Of a stretch of 64,000 nt of DNA, positions 54,190 through 63,673 are shown piece by piece. The stretch's first letter is position 1. Each line of letters begins with the position of its first letter. The DNA is taken from assembly GCA_035700025.1 (NCBI GenBank), contig DASSOY010000007.1, positions 1,193 to 65,192 of the forward strand, read 5' to 3'. The stretch is from Bacillales bacterium. Lineage in GTDB: Bacteria > Bacillota > Bacilli > Bacillales > DASSOY01. The position numbers and the translations under genes are program-made. The notes beneath the pieces were generated by a model. That model did no database searches, had not been told where the DNA came from, and worked only from the letters and a program-made list of their open reading frames with translations.

Positions 54190-54882
54190 ATGAACGGACT
54201 AACGCTCAATACTTTTTCGATAACGGCGAAATGCCGCCATACCGGCATGTTCGGCGTCGCGGTCAGCACCGCCCGGCCGGCCGTCGGCGGGTTGGTGCCT
54301 TACGCGAAAGCGGGGGTCGGTGCAATTGCAACGCAAGCGCTCGTCAATCCGTTCGTCGGCATTGACGGCATGCGTCATTTATCCGCCGGCCTTTCGGCCG
54401 CGGAAGTGAAGGAAAGGCTGCTTGGCGAAGACGACCCGGAGCATGTGGAGCGGCGCCAATTCGCGATCGTCGACGCCGCCGGCCGAACGGCCGGCTACAC
54501 CGGCGGCGACACGGTGCCGTGGGCCGGGCATAAGGCCGGCGACGGCTTTGTCGTCGCCGGGAACATGCTCGTCGGCGCGGAGACGATCGAGGCGATGGCC
54601 GAGAGCTTCGCGGGCAGCGGCGAGCGGCCGCTCGCCGAGCGGCTGCTGGATGCGCTGGCCTGCGGCCAGCGTGCGGGGGGAGACAAGCGAGGGAAGCAGT
54701 CGGCAGCGCTGTATGTCGTGCACGAGGAAGAATATCCGCTCGTGGATATTCGGGTGGATGAGCACGCGGCTCCGGTCGATGAGCTGAAGCGCGTGTATGA
54801 AGTGTGTCAGACTGACTTGTTTCCGTATATGGCGAAAGCGCCGCGAAGAGCGAAGCGAAAGGCAGGGGGTGATGCCGGATGA
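54190..54882 (+). CDS. DUF1028 (Ntn-hydrolase fold) protein embedded in the ABC operon
   Basis: NTFSITAKC...GAIATQA...GGDKRGKQSAALYVV. It is a paralog of 46947-47837 and is translationally coupled to the downstream ATPase by an ATGA overlap. Confidence 0.8.
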   Translation: MNGLTLNTFSITAKCRHTGMFGVAVSTARPAVGGLVPYAKAGVGAIATQALVNPFVGIDGMRHLSAGLSAAEVKERLLGEDDPEHVERRQFAIVDAAGRTAGYTGGDTVPWAGHKAGDGFVVAGNMLVGAETIEAMAESFAGSGERPLAERLLDALACGQRAGGDKRGKQSAALYVVHEEEYPLVDIRVDEHAAPVDELKRVYEVCQTDLFPYMAKAPRRAKRKAGGDAG

Positions 54883-55907
54883 ACGAGAATCAACTGGAAG
54901 TGAAAGCGTTGAACGTTCGGTTCCGGGATCGGAAACGCTCAGTGTCGATTTTGCAGGACGTTTCGTTTTCGGTGAAAAAAGGCGAAACGCTATGCATCGT
55001 AGGCGAATCTGGATGCGGGAAAAGCATTACGTCGCTTGCGGTCATGGGATTGCTTCCGAAAAATGGGGAAGTGGCGTCTGGGGAGATTTTATTTGAAGGG
55101 GAAAATCTCGTTGGCAAGCGTATGAAGGAAATGAGCCGCATTCGCGGCAATGACATTTCGATTATCTTTCAAGAGCCGATGACGTCGTTGAATCCGGTGC
55201 ATACGGTCGGCCGCCAAATCGCCGAAGTTGTTCAGCTTCATCAGAAAAAAGGGAAGCGGGAAGCGATGCGGCAAGCGATCGAAATGTTGAAGCTTGTCGG
55301 GATTCCTTCACCGGAGAAGCGCGTACGCGATTATCCGCACCAGTTGAGCGGGGGGATGCGCCAGCGGGTGATGATTGCGATGGCGCTGGCCTGCAATCCG
55401 AAGCTGTTGATCGCAGATGAACCGACAACGGCGCTCGACGTGACGATTCAAGCACAAATCCTTGAGCTCATGAACGACTTGAAAGACCGGCTTGGGATGT
55501 CAATTATCATGATAACGCATGATCTCGGTGTCGTTTCTGAAATGGCAGACCGCGTGCTTGTCATGTACGCGGGGAAAGTCGTTGAATACAGCGAAGTGGA
55601 TAAACTGTTTGACTATCCGCGGCATCCATACACGCAAGGGCTGATCGAAGCCATTCCGAAGCTCGATGAAGAGCAAGAAGCGCTTGCAATTATCGAAGGA
55701 ACCGTACCGACGCCGGAAAATATGCCGGCCGGCTGCAGGTTCGCGACGCGCTGTCCGTTTGCCAAGAATATTTGCCACAGTGAAGCACCGGGATTATACG
55801 GAGAGTCCGATCACCTTGTCAGTTGTTGGATGTACACCGAACGTTGGGAAAAGGAGGGAAACGAAAATGATCGAGGTGAAACAAAAGCCGCGGGAAAAAA
55901 TGCTTGA
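54879..55907 (+). CDS. ABC transporter ATP-binding protein (DppD/OppD type)
   Basis: Walker A GESGCGKS, signature LSGGMRQR, Walker B LLIADEPT, and a C-terminal oligopeptide-type extension (CRFATRCP). Confidence 0.95.
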   Translation: MNENQLEVKALNVRFRDRKRSVSILQDVSFSVKKGETLCIVGESGCGKSITSLAVMGLLPKNGEVASGEILFEGENLVGKRMKEMSRIRGNDISIIFQEPMTSLNPVHTVGRQIAEVVQLHQKKGKREAMRQAIEMLKLVGIPSPEKRVRDYPHQLSGGMRQRVMIAMALACNPKLLIADEPTTALDVTIQAQILELMNDLKDRLGMSIIMITHDLGVVSEMADRVLVMYAGKVVEYSEVDKLFDYPRHPYTQGLIEAIPKLDEEQEALAIIEGTVPTPENMPAGCRFATRCPFAKNICHSEAPGLYGESDHLVSCWMYTERWEKEGNENDRGETKAAGKNA

Positions 55908-56853
55908 AGTTCACGGGTTGAAAAAATATTTCACGAGCGGCGGCGGAATGCTGCAATCGAAACAAAAAGCCATAAAAGCCGTTGACGACCTGTCTTTCTT
56001 CATTTATACAGGGGAGACACTCGGTGTCGTTGGTGAATCCGGCTGCGGGAAATCGACGATGGGCCGCACGCTTCTGCGCTTGCAAGAGCCGACGTCAGGC
56101 GAGACGATCTTCGACGGACAAAACATCAACCGGCTCGGCAAGAAGAAAATGCGTTCGCTGCGCAAGGAAATGCAAATGATTTTTCAAGATCCTTACGGCT
56201 CATTGAACCCGCGAATGACGGTCGGGGCGATGCTTGGCGAAATCATTCATACCCATCAAATTGTCCCGAAAAAAGACACTGTGCCTTACATCCACCGGTT
56301 GCTCGAAGACGTGGGCTTGCGGGCCGAACATTATTGGCGCTATCCACATGAATTCAGCGGCGGTCAACGGCAAAGAATCAGCATTGCACGTGCGCTCGCC
56401 GTGAAACCGAAACTGATTGTCTGCGATGAGGCGGTTTCCGCACTCGACGTATCCGTTCAGGCACAGGTGCTTAATTTGCTGCAACGGTTGAAACGTGACT
56501 ATCAGTTGACGTACTTGTTCATTTCCCATGACTTGTCGGTTGTCAAGCATATCAGCGACCGCGTTGCCGTCATGTACCTTGGTCAGATCGTGGAATTGGC
56601 CGATAAAAATGATTTGTACAAGCAACCGCAGCATCCATATACGCAAGCCCTTCTTTCGGCGATCCCGAGCGTCGGAACCGATCAGAAAAGAGAAAGGATT
56701 ATTTTAAAAGGGGACGTCCCGAGTCCGTTGAACGTGCCGAGCGGCTGTCGTTTTCATACGCGCTGCCCATTGGCGGTTGAGAAGTGCAAGACGGACGTTC
56801 CAGCATTCAGAGAAGTCGCGGAGGGTCATTTTACGGCGTGCCACCTCGCGTAA
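55867..56853 (+). CDS. ABC transporter ATP-binding protein (DppF/OppF type)
   Basis: Walker [10 protein letters not shown], signature FSGGQRQR, Walker B LIVCDEAVS, and CRFHTRCP. ATG 55867 overlaps the upstream gene's 3' end. Confidence 0.95.
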   Translation: MIEVKQKPREKMLEVHGLKKYFTSGGGMLQSKQKAIKAVDDLSFFIYTGETLGVVGESGCGKSTMGRTLLRLQEPTSGETIFDGQNINRLGKKKMRSLRKEMQMIFQDPYGSLNPRMTVGAMLGEIIHTHQIVPKKDTVPYIHRLLEDVGLRAEHYWRYPHEFSGGQRQRISIARALAVKPKLIVCDEAVSALDVSVQAQVLNLLQRLKRDYQLTYLFISHDLSVVKHISDRVAVMYLGQIVELADKNDLYKQPQHPYTQALLSAIPSVGTDQKRERIILKGDVPSPLNVPSGCRFHTRCPLAVEKCKTDVPAFREVAEGHFTACHLA

Positions 56854-56915
56854 TCGCCATAATGGATTTAAGAGGGATCATCGTTGTACCATAAGCAATT
56901 TATCATAGCGAGGGA

Positions 56916-57503
56916 ATGGTTCATTTGAAGCAGCAAAGGCAATTGTTTTTCGCATTTTTTCGCGTCGGCATTTTCGGTTATGGAGGCGGGCCGGCATCGA
57001 TACCGCTTGTCCATAAAGAAGTCGTCGAAAATTATAAATGGCTCGATGACCGGGATTTCAACGACTTGTTGGCGCTTGCCAATACGCTTCCCGGGCCGAT
57101 TGCCACAAAAATGGCCGGCTATATCGGCCACCGCGTCGCAGGTGTTACAGGAATGATCAATGCGGTGCTGGCCACGATCTTGCCATCGATCTTCATCATG
57201 GTAGTTTTGTTATCATCGCTCGCAGCCGTGAAAGACAAACCCTGGGTGCAAGGCATGACAGATGCCGTCATGCCGGTCGTCGGCGTCATGCTCGCCGTGC
57301 TCACCTGGAGTTTTTTTCGCAGATCGAAAGAAGGGCTTGGTTTATGGAAGAGTTTAATGTTCGTCGCAGGCAGCTTCGTGTTGATCAAAGTCCTTCCGAG
57401 CCCGGCCATCTTGATTTTAGCCTTGCTGCTGATCGGCTTGCTTAAGCCGGTACGCAAGGACAATGCCGATGCCGTTGGCGCGGAAAGGGAGGAGTCGGTA
57501 TGA
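56916..57503 (+). CDS. chrA: Chromate transporter (CHR family, short half-size subunit 1; ywrB-like)
   Basis: FFRVGIFGYGGGPASIPLVHKEVV...LPGPIATKMAGYIG is the hallmark CHR motif. Confidence 0.88.
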   Translation: MVHLKQQRQLFFAFFRVGIFGYGGGPASIPLVHKEVVENYKWLDDRDFNDLLALANTLPGPIATKMAGYIGHRVAGVTGMINAVLATILPSIFIMVVLLSSLAAVKDKPWVQGMTDAVMPVVGVMLAVLTWSFFRRSKEGLGLWKSLMFVAGSFVLIKVLPSPAILILALLLIGLLKPVRKDNADAVGAEREESV

Positions 57504-58036
57504 TGATTTATTGGAAAATCTTCGTCGCCTTCTTCATTCCCGGCGTTCTCGGCTACGGAGGCGGTCCTGCTTCGATTCCGCTCGTCGAGGACCAAGTCAT
57601 CGACCATTACGGCTGGATGGACGCCGAGAAGTTTGCCGAGGTACTGGCCATCGGCAACGCTTTACCCGGTCCGATTGCCACGAAGCTTGCCGGCTACATC
57701 GGCTATCAACAAGGCGGCATCCTCGGTGCGGTCGTCGGTGTCTTCGCCACCGTCGCACCGTCGCTCATTCTAATGATCTTTTTGCTGGGGATGCTGTACC
57801 GTTTCAAAGACTCGCCGAAGGTGAAACAAATGACAAATTTCATCCGACCGGCGATTGCGGTCTTGCTCGGTGTCATTGCCTTCCAATTTTTCGTGGAATC
57901 GTACCACGGCGCTGGTTGGCTGCAAACGCTCATCCTCACGGCTGCGAGCTTTTTCTTTCTTGAGAAGCTGAAAGTCCACCCGGCGATCGTGATCGCCGGC
58001 GCGCTAGGCTACGGCGCGATCTTCTTGGCGGCTTAA
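57500..58036 (+). CDS. chrA: Chromate transporter (CHR family, short half-size subunit 2; ywrA-like)
   Basis: FFIPGVLGYGGGPASIPLVEDQVI...LPGPIATKLAGYIG. It overlaps the subunit 1 stop. Confidence 0.88.
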   Translation: MMIYWKIFVAFFIPGVLGYGGGPASIPLVEDQVIDHYGWMDAEKFAEVLAIGNALPGPIATKLAGYIGYQQGGILGAVVGVFATVAPSLILMIFLLGMLYRFKDSPKVKQMTNFIRPAIAVLLGVIAFQFFVESYHGAGWLQTLILTAASFFFLEKLKVHPAIVIAGALGYGAIFLAA

Positions 58037-58039
58037 TGT

Positions 58040-58578
58040 GGATTTAGCTCATACAGGTGAAAATTTCCGATAGGGCGAATTGCTGGAATCGCTCATGAGA
58101 GACGCTATTTGGATCAAATTCGCGATTTCCCAAAATTATCGCTCATCCAGAACGCTATTTTCCCAGAACCCCCGGAAATCGGATGGATTCCCGGTTGGTT
58201 TTTGGGAATAGCGCATCGTATGCACGATTCCATCTGAAAAAGCGGGCATATTAGGCAAATAGCGCATCTGATGCACGTTTTTCATATAACATGAGATTTT
58301 CGGTAAACCGAAAATGTCCGTTTGGTCGAACTGCTGGAATCGCTCATGAGAGACGCTATTTGGATCAAATTCGCGATTTCCAACGATTATCGCTCATCCA
58401 GAACGCTATTTTCAGAGAACCCCCGAAAATCGGATGGATTTCCGGTTGGTTTTTGGGAATAGCGCATCTGGTGCACGATTCCATCTGAAAAAGCGGGCAT
58501 ATCAGGCAAATAGCGCATCTGATGCACGATTTTCATATAACATGAGATTTTCGGTAAACCGAAAATGTTCGATTGGTG
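58040..58578. repeat. Second tandem array of the ~251-bp intergenic repeat family (two full units plus partial ends)
   Basis: GCTGGAATCGCTCATGAGAGACGCTATTTGGATCAAATTCGCGATTTCC occurs at 58082 and 58333 (period 251). The layout of boxes and hairpins matches the array at 30.47-31.27 kb. Confidence 0.88.
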
Positions 58579-59553
58579 CTAGGAAAGTTCGAACACTTTT
58601 ACAGATGTTTTGAGACGTTCAAATTCCTCCAATGCGATTGAGCCTGCCTTTTTTGTTAGTGCATTTGCTGCCCCTGCTGCCGCTGCCATGCATAAGCAAT
58701 GTTTGATTTTATTCCCGCTGTAAAGTCCGGCAATGAATCCAGCCGCGAATGAATCTCCTGAACCTACACTGTTCACCACATTAATGGGAGGGGGGATTAC
58801 TCGATAAAATTTGTCGTTTGCAGATACGATTGCTCCGTCTTTACCTAATGTAACGATCATAATCGGAATCTTGAATTTTCTCCATTTATTTAGAGTGTGA
58901 ACCACTTCGTCTTCCGAAATTTGATCGACACCGACAATTTGGGCCAATTCTTCTTGATTCGGTTTTATGAGGAAAGGTTCAGCCATCAAAACTTCTTTAA
59001 ATGGTGCTCCACTAGTATCAACAACTGCTTTTGCCCCTTGTGCATGAATGACTTTGACAAGTTCGGCATAAGATCGGTTCGTCAAACCCTGCGGCAAGCT
59101 CCCTGACAAGACGATGTACTCACTCTTTGAAGCTAGAGCATCAAGCGTTTTCTTCAACTGGTTCCATTGCTCGTGATTAATCCATGGCCCTTTTTCGAGA
59201 ATTTCTGTAGACTCGTTTTTTTGTTTGTCAATCACGTTCAAACAAATTCGTGATTCACCGGAGACGTGGACAAATTCATGTTCAATTTGTAATAAATCCA
59301 TACTTTCAGATAAAAATGCTCCGTTGTAACCCCCAGCGAACCCCGTCACTGTAACGGGGATGTTTAAGGTTTTCAATACCTTTGCGACGTTGATTCCCTT
59401 TCCGCCAGGTTCGATGTGCATTTGATTTACGCGATTGACTCTGTTTTTTTCAAATGACGCCATATAGTAAGTTTTATCGATGGCGAGATTTAAGGTGACT
59501 GTCGTTATCAAAAGGTTTCCCCACTTTTCTGTCGAAATGACGTACACAACCAA
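58579..59553 (-). CDS. 1-phosphofructokinase / tagatose-6-phosphate kinase family hexose-phosphate kinase (FruK/LacC/PfkB)
   Basis: ITTVTLNLAIDKTY...GGKGINVAKVL...IKPNQEEL...VNSVGSGDSFAAGF. An alternative TTG start at 59511 gives the usual family N-terminus. Confidence 0.87.
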   Translation of the reverse strand: MVVYVISTEKWGNLLITTVTLNLAIDKTYYMASFEKNRVNRVNQMHIEPGGKGINVAKVLKTLNIPVTVTGFAGGYNGAFLSESMDLLQIEHEFVHVSGESRICLNVIDKQKNESTEILEKGPWINHEQWNQLKKTLDALASKSEYIVLSGSLPQGLTNRSYAELVKVIHAQGAKAVVDTSGAPFKEVLMAEPFLIKPNQEELAQIVGVDQISEDEVVHTLNKWRKFKIPIMIVTLGKDGAIVSANDKFYRVIPPPINVVNSVGSGDSFAAGFIAGLYSGNKIKHCLCMAAAAGAANALTKKAGSIALEEFERLKTSVKVFELS

Positions 59554-59560
59554 AGCCGAT

Positions 59561-60496
59561 TTAATTGTTGATTTTCAATTTGGTGAGTTGTCTGAAGCCT
59601 TCCTTCCTATTGTGCGAAGAAATCACTGTTGCGCTCACTTCGTTAGCGAAACGGAGGCAATTTGACAAAGGCTTCTCTTGTCTTCTTGCGAATAAATATC
59701 CCATATCAAAGATATCTCCTGCTCCAGTAGTATCGACGACGTCTGTTTCGTGACTTGGGGGGACTTGAATGAGTTCACCGTCCTTCATAACAGCAGCGCC
59801 ATTTGCGCCAAGTTTCACCACAACTTCCCCACAATACTTTTTAACGATATCCAGTCCTTTTTGCCATTCCGATGTATTCGTCAAATGACAAATTTCTGTT
59901 TCATTCGGCATGAAGACATCGACAAATTGAAGCAGATGAAAGGTCTGCGATTTTCTTTTCTCAGTCCATCCAGATGGATCCCAGCTTGGATCAAAGTAGA
60001 CGCGTTTTCCAAGCGATTGTTGTTCTTTCGCGACTACGACAGCCTCGATTGGTGAAAATTTCGGCAGCAAATACGTCCCACAAATCACAACGTCATCACA
60101 GACATCGAGAAGTTCTTTTTTGGCATGATAAATAGACAAACCGAACGCATCATGAGCCCCGGAAACAGAAACTATCGCCCTTGAGCCATTTTCATGTACG
60201 ATAACGAAGCCGTTAGGCGTTATGGTGTTTTCCACACATACAATACCTTCCGTTGCAAGTCCCCTTGTTTCTAATTCACGAATGAGAAACTTCCCTTGAT
60301 CATCGTTTCCGATGCTTGAAATGATGTTGGCCTTCACGCCAAGGGCATGCAAGGCAATTGCCATGTAACCTGCCGTTCCGGCGACTCTCGTTTCAAAGCT
60401 TTCGGCCTCGATTTCGGCATCCCAGTGAGGGGCTTCTTTCACTTTTCCAATGACCGTATCCACGTTATAATTCCCAATAATACCAACAGGGTTCAT
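59561..60496 (-). CDS. PfkB/ribokinase-family sugar kinase
   Basis: GIIGNYNVDTV...GTAGYMAIALHALG...VVDTTGAGDIFDMGYL (the anion-hole/GAGD motif). Confidence 0.85.
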   Translation of the reverse strand: MNPVGIIGNYNVDTVIGKVKEAPHWDAEIEAESFETRVAGTAGYMAIALHALGVKANIISSIGNDDQGKFLIRELETRGLATEGIVCVENTITPNGFVIVHENGSRAIVSVSGAHDAFGLSIYHAKKELLDVCDDVVICGTYLLPKFSPIEAVVVAKEQQSLGKRVYFDPSWDPSGWTEKRKSQTFHLLQFVDVFMPNETEICHLTNTSEWQKGLDIVKKYCGEVVVKLGANGAAVMKDGELIQVPPSHETDVVDTTGAGDIFDMGYLFARRQEKPLSNCLRFANEVSATVISSHNRKEGFRQLTKLKINN

Positions 60497-60529
60497 AAAA
60501 AAACAACCTCCTCGATCAACGATGTTTCA

Positions 60530-61360
60530 TTATTGTTTAACAGCGGCAGTCGTTAAGCCGGAAACTAAATATTTGTTGAGAAAAATAACGATCAAAATCG
60601 GTGGGATCATCGTGATCACACCAGCGGCGGTCATTAATCCGTAATTAATCGATGTTCGGCCAACAAATTCGGTGATCAGTACCGTTAAAGGTTTTGTTTC
60701 CGAAGGAGCAAACACCAGTGGAATCAAGAATTGGCTCCATGCATTTAAGAAGGTCAAAATCGCAACGGCGACCACACCAGGTAGAGCAATAGGCAAAATC
60801 GTCCATAAAGCCCTGAGTTTTGTCGCACCGTCAACCGTAGCGGCTTCTTCCAACTCTTTCGGGATCGTTGCAAAATAACTTCTCATTAACCATACGGCTA
60901 ACGGTGCAAAAGCGGAAACGTAGATTAACGTAATGCCCACTTGCGTATCGATCAAGCCAATACTTATCATGACTTTATACAACGGAATCATGACTGCATA
61001 GGCTGGCAAGGCCATGGTGATTAAAATCATACTAAAAATGATGTTTCGCCCTTTGAAGGGTATTCTCGCAAAAGCATATCCAGCTAAAATTGAAACGATC
61101 ACCACGACGACGGTAGAACCAAGACAACTAATTGATGTGTTGACCATTGCCCCTTTGAACTGAACCCATAACGACGACTGTTTATCGAAGCCTAAAAGTT
61201 GTTGGTAGTGTTGCAAACTTAACGGAATAGGCAAATACTTTGGCGGCAAGGTCGTTAAAGCTTTATTGGATAACAGGCTTGTACGGAGTGCCCAATATAT
61301 GGGGGCCAATGTCCAAAATAAAATAAAAACGACGGATATTCCCGTTTTTAGTTTTTTCAT
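60530..61360 (-). CDS. Carbohydrate ABC transporter permease (MalG/CUT1 type)
   Basis: Six TM helices and an EAA loop (IPKELEEAATVDGATKLR). ATG 61360 makes an ATGA overlap with the upstream permease stop. Confidence 0.93.
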   Translation of the reverse strand: MKKLKTGISVVFILFWTLAPIYWALRTSLLSNKALTTLPPKYLPIPLSLQHYQQLLGFDKQSSLWVQFKGAMVNTSISCLGSTVVVVIVSILAGYAFARIPFKGRNIIFSMILITMALPAYAVMIPLYKVMISIGLIDTQVGITLIYVSAFAPLAVWLMRSYFATIPKELEEAATVDGATKLRALWTILPIALPGVVAVAILTFLNAWSQFLIPLVFAPSETKPLTVLITEFVGRTSINYGLMTAAGVITMIPPILIVIFLNKYLVSGLTTAAVKQ

Positions 61361-62232
61361 GTTTTCGCCCTTCTTTCCCTCAATAACCAAATATAAAGCA
61401 CGCTAATGGCCAAAGTAGCTATGGTAATAAGCAAGGAAAGTGCCATGCCCAATCCTAGGTCCAACTGACGAAAAGCAATTAGGTAGGTTTGGATTAAAAT
61501 CGATCGAGTATCCAAGGCCGTCCCTGTAAGAACAAATATTTCATCAAACAAATTTACGGCCATAAATGTCATTTGCGTTAATGCTATGGCGATTGCCGGT
61601 TTCAACATAGGCAACGTAATTCTCTGGAAGCGTTGCCACCGATTTGCTCCGTCAATTTCTGCGGCTTCATAAATGTCGTCAGGAATGGTGGTGAGTGCTG
61701 CCAATAAAATGACGGCAACGATCGGAATCATTTTCCAAATATGAACGATCGCCACGAGAAAAATCGCAAGACCAGGTTGACCCAACAAGACTTGATACGA
61801 ATCAATGAGACCTGCGTGAAGCAAAAGATCGTTTAAAACACCATAGGAAGGATCGTAAATCCATTTCCAAATCACACCATTTACCACAGGGGGCAATGCC
61901 CATGGAAGAATCACCAATGCAAGCACAATTCCTCTTCCCCTGAATTTGTTTCTCAACGTCAGGGCGATGAACAGACCTCCGAGAAATTCCCCGACAATCG
62001 CCAAAATATAGTACAAAGCTGTGTTTCCAGCCGCCCGCAATACAACGGGATCCTGTAATAAATTGATATAGTTGCTTAAGCCCACAAACTTCACGTCTGC
62101 CGGCTTTGTTAAATTTAATGACTTGAAACTGTCGATCAATGTAACGAAACCCGGATAAAAAACTAAGCTGATCATGACAAAAGCTAGAGGAAAAATTAAT
62201 AAGTACGGAAATATTTTCTTTCTCACCTGCAT
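61357..62232 (-). CDS. Carbohydrate ABC transporter permease (MalF/CUT1 type)
   Basis: Six TM helices and an EAA loop (IPDDIYEAAEIDGANRWQRF). Confidence 0.93.
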   Translation of the reverse strand: MQVRKKIFPYLLIFPLAFVMISLVFYPGFVTLIDSFKSLNLTKPADVKFVGLSNYINLLQDPVVLRAAGNTALYYILAIVGEFLGGLFIALTLRNKFRGRGIVLALVILPWALPPVVNGVIWKWIYDPSYGVLNDLLLHAGLIDSYQVLLGQPGLAIFLVAIVHIWKMIPIVAVILLAALTTIPDDIYEAAEIDGANRWQRFQRITLPMLKPAIAIALTQMTFMAVNLFDEIFVLTGTALDTRSILIQTYLIAFRQLDLGLGMALSLLITIATLAISVLYIWLLRERRAKT

Positions 62233-62289
62233 GTCTTTCCTCCCTTAAAGAGAGGGGCTGTAAAATTACTTTACAGCCCGTCCTAGATA

Positions 62290-63606
62290 TTACTTCTGAG
62301 TGATTTCTTTTGCTTTATCGCCAATTTTTTGGATGCCTTCGTCGAGCGACAGTGAACCTTTCGCCATTTGATTAATCGTAGTAGCGACTGTTGTGCTGAA
62401 TTCAGGGTACCAAGGTGGTGTGCCTTGGGGGAATAAAGGTTCAACTGTTGGGAGGACTTTGAGTATTGTATCGCCACCAGGCAATTCTCCGGCTTCATTC
62501 ATTGATTCGAGAACGCTTTTACGATTGGGCAGTAAGCCGAGATCCTTATATAATTTTTTAACATTTTCAGGTTGATTTAACCATTTGATGAATGCTACTG
62601 AAGCCTCTTTATGTTTCGAAGCCTTAGGAATTCCGAAGGCCCCAACCAATCCGAATGTCCGGCTTTCCCCATCTTTACCGGGAACAGGAATCATCTGAAC
62701 GCTATCGCTCACTTTTGATTTTTCTGAATCTTTATAGACGGCGTAATTTCCAGACCATCCCGACAAATCAATGGCAGATTTTCCGGACTTAAATTGATCG
62801 ATGACATCGACGTCTTTCAAGCTGACAGCAGCAGGATCAATAATATGATCTTCTTTCATGCTTTCGATGATAAACTGCATCGCTTTGTATCCAGCCGAAT
62901 TCTTAGAAGTAAATAAAGGGTTCCAATCCTTATCGAAAAGTTCTCCGCCATATGCTTTTGTCATCAAATACCACGGTGTAGCAGCTCCTTCCGTAGCAGA
63001 CAGAGGCAAACCGAGAGGATAATCGACGATACCTTTGCTCTTGATTTTTTTAGCATCTTCAATCAACTGTTGAGGAGTTTGCGGCATTTCGGTAATGCCT
63101 GCAGCTTTAAAATATTTCTCGTTAATATATGTGACACGAAAATCGTTAAAGTAGGGCATCGCCAAATAGTGATCATTGTATTTGAAAATATCCATCGTCG
63201 GGATGTCGTCAATCAACTTTTGATCAAAGTATTGGTTTAAAGGTTCGTACCAATTCGATGCCCCAAATTGCCCGACCCAAGACCAGTCAAATTCGGTGAT
63301 GTCTGCGGGGGCAACTCCGGCAGCTGCAGAGGTGACGATTTTATCATGAATGTCGTCCCAGCCGAGCGTTTCAATGTGGACGGTTATGCCGGATTCTTTC
63401 TTGAATTCATCCAGCATGCTTTGCGGGATTTTCGACCAAGGCGGCAGCAAAGCCTTAATTTCCGTGCCTTTTAAATCTTTTTGACCGTTGCCGTCTCCGG
63501 CTGATCCTTCGCTGTTTCCTTGTCCTGAACAGCCGAAAGTGACAATACTTAAGACGAGAACCATGCCAATCATCAACCATTTTTTACAACCCATGATTTT
63601 CTTCAT
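62290..63606 (-). CDS. Carbohydrate ABC transporter substrate-binding lipoprotein (family 1)
   Basis: MKKIMGCKKWLMIGMVLVLSIVTFGC (lipobox). ATG 63606 follows AAAGGAGGA. Confidence 0.92.
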   Translation of the reverse strand: MKKIMGCKKWLMIGMVLVLSIVTFGCSGQGNSEGSAGDGNGQKDLKGTEIKALLPPWSKIPQSMLDEFKKESGITVHIETLGWDDIHDKIVTSAAAGVAPADITEFDWSWVGQFGASNWYEPLNQYFDQKLIDDIPTMDIFKYNDHYLAMPYFNDFRVTYINEKYFKAAGITEMPQTPQQLIEDAKKIKSKGIVDYPLGLPLSATEGAATPWYLMTKAYGGELFDKDWNPLFTSKNSAGYKAMQFIIESMKEDHIIDPAAVSLKDVDVIDQFKSGKSAIDLSGWSGNYAVYKDSEKSKVSDSVQMIPVPGKDGESRTFGLVGAFGIPKASKHKEASVAFIKWLNQPENVKKLYKDLGLLPNRKSVLESMNEAGELPGGDTILKVLPTVEPLFPQGTPPWYPEFSTTVATTINQMAKGSLSLDEGIQKIGDKAKEITQK

Positions 63607-63673
63607 TATATCCTCCTTTTTGAAGCGTATCTGCAAGCGTTTGCAATTTTTCGGCGGGAGATGACTTCTCTCC

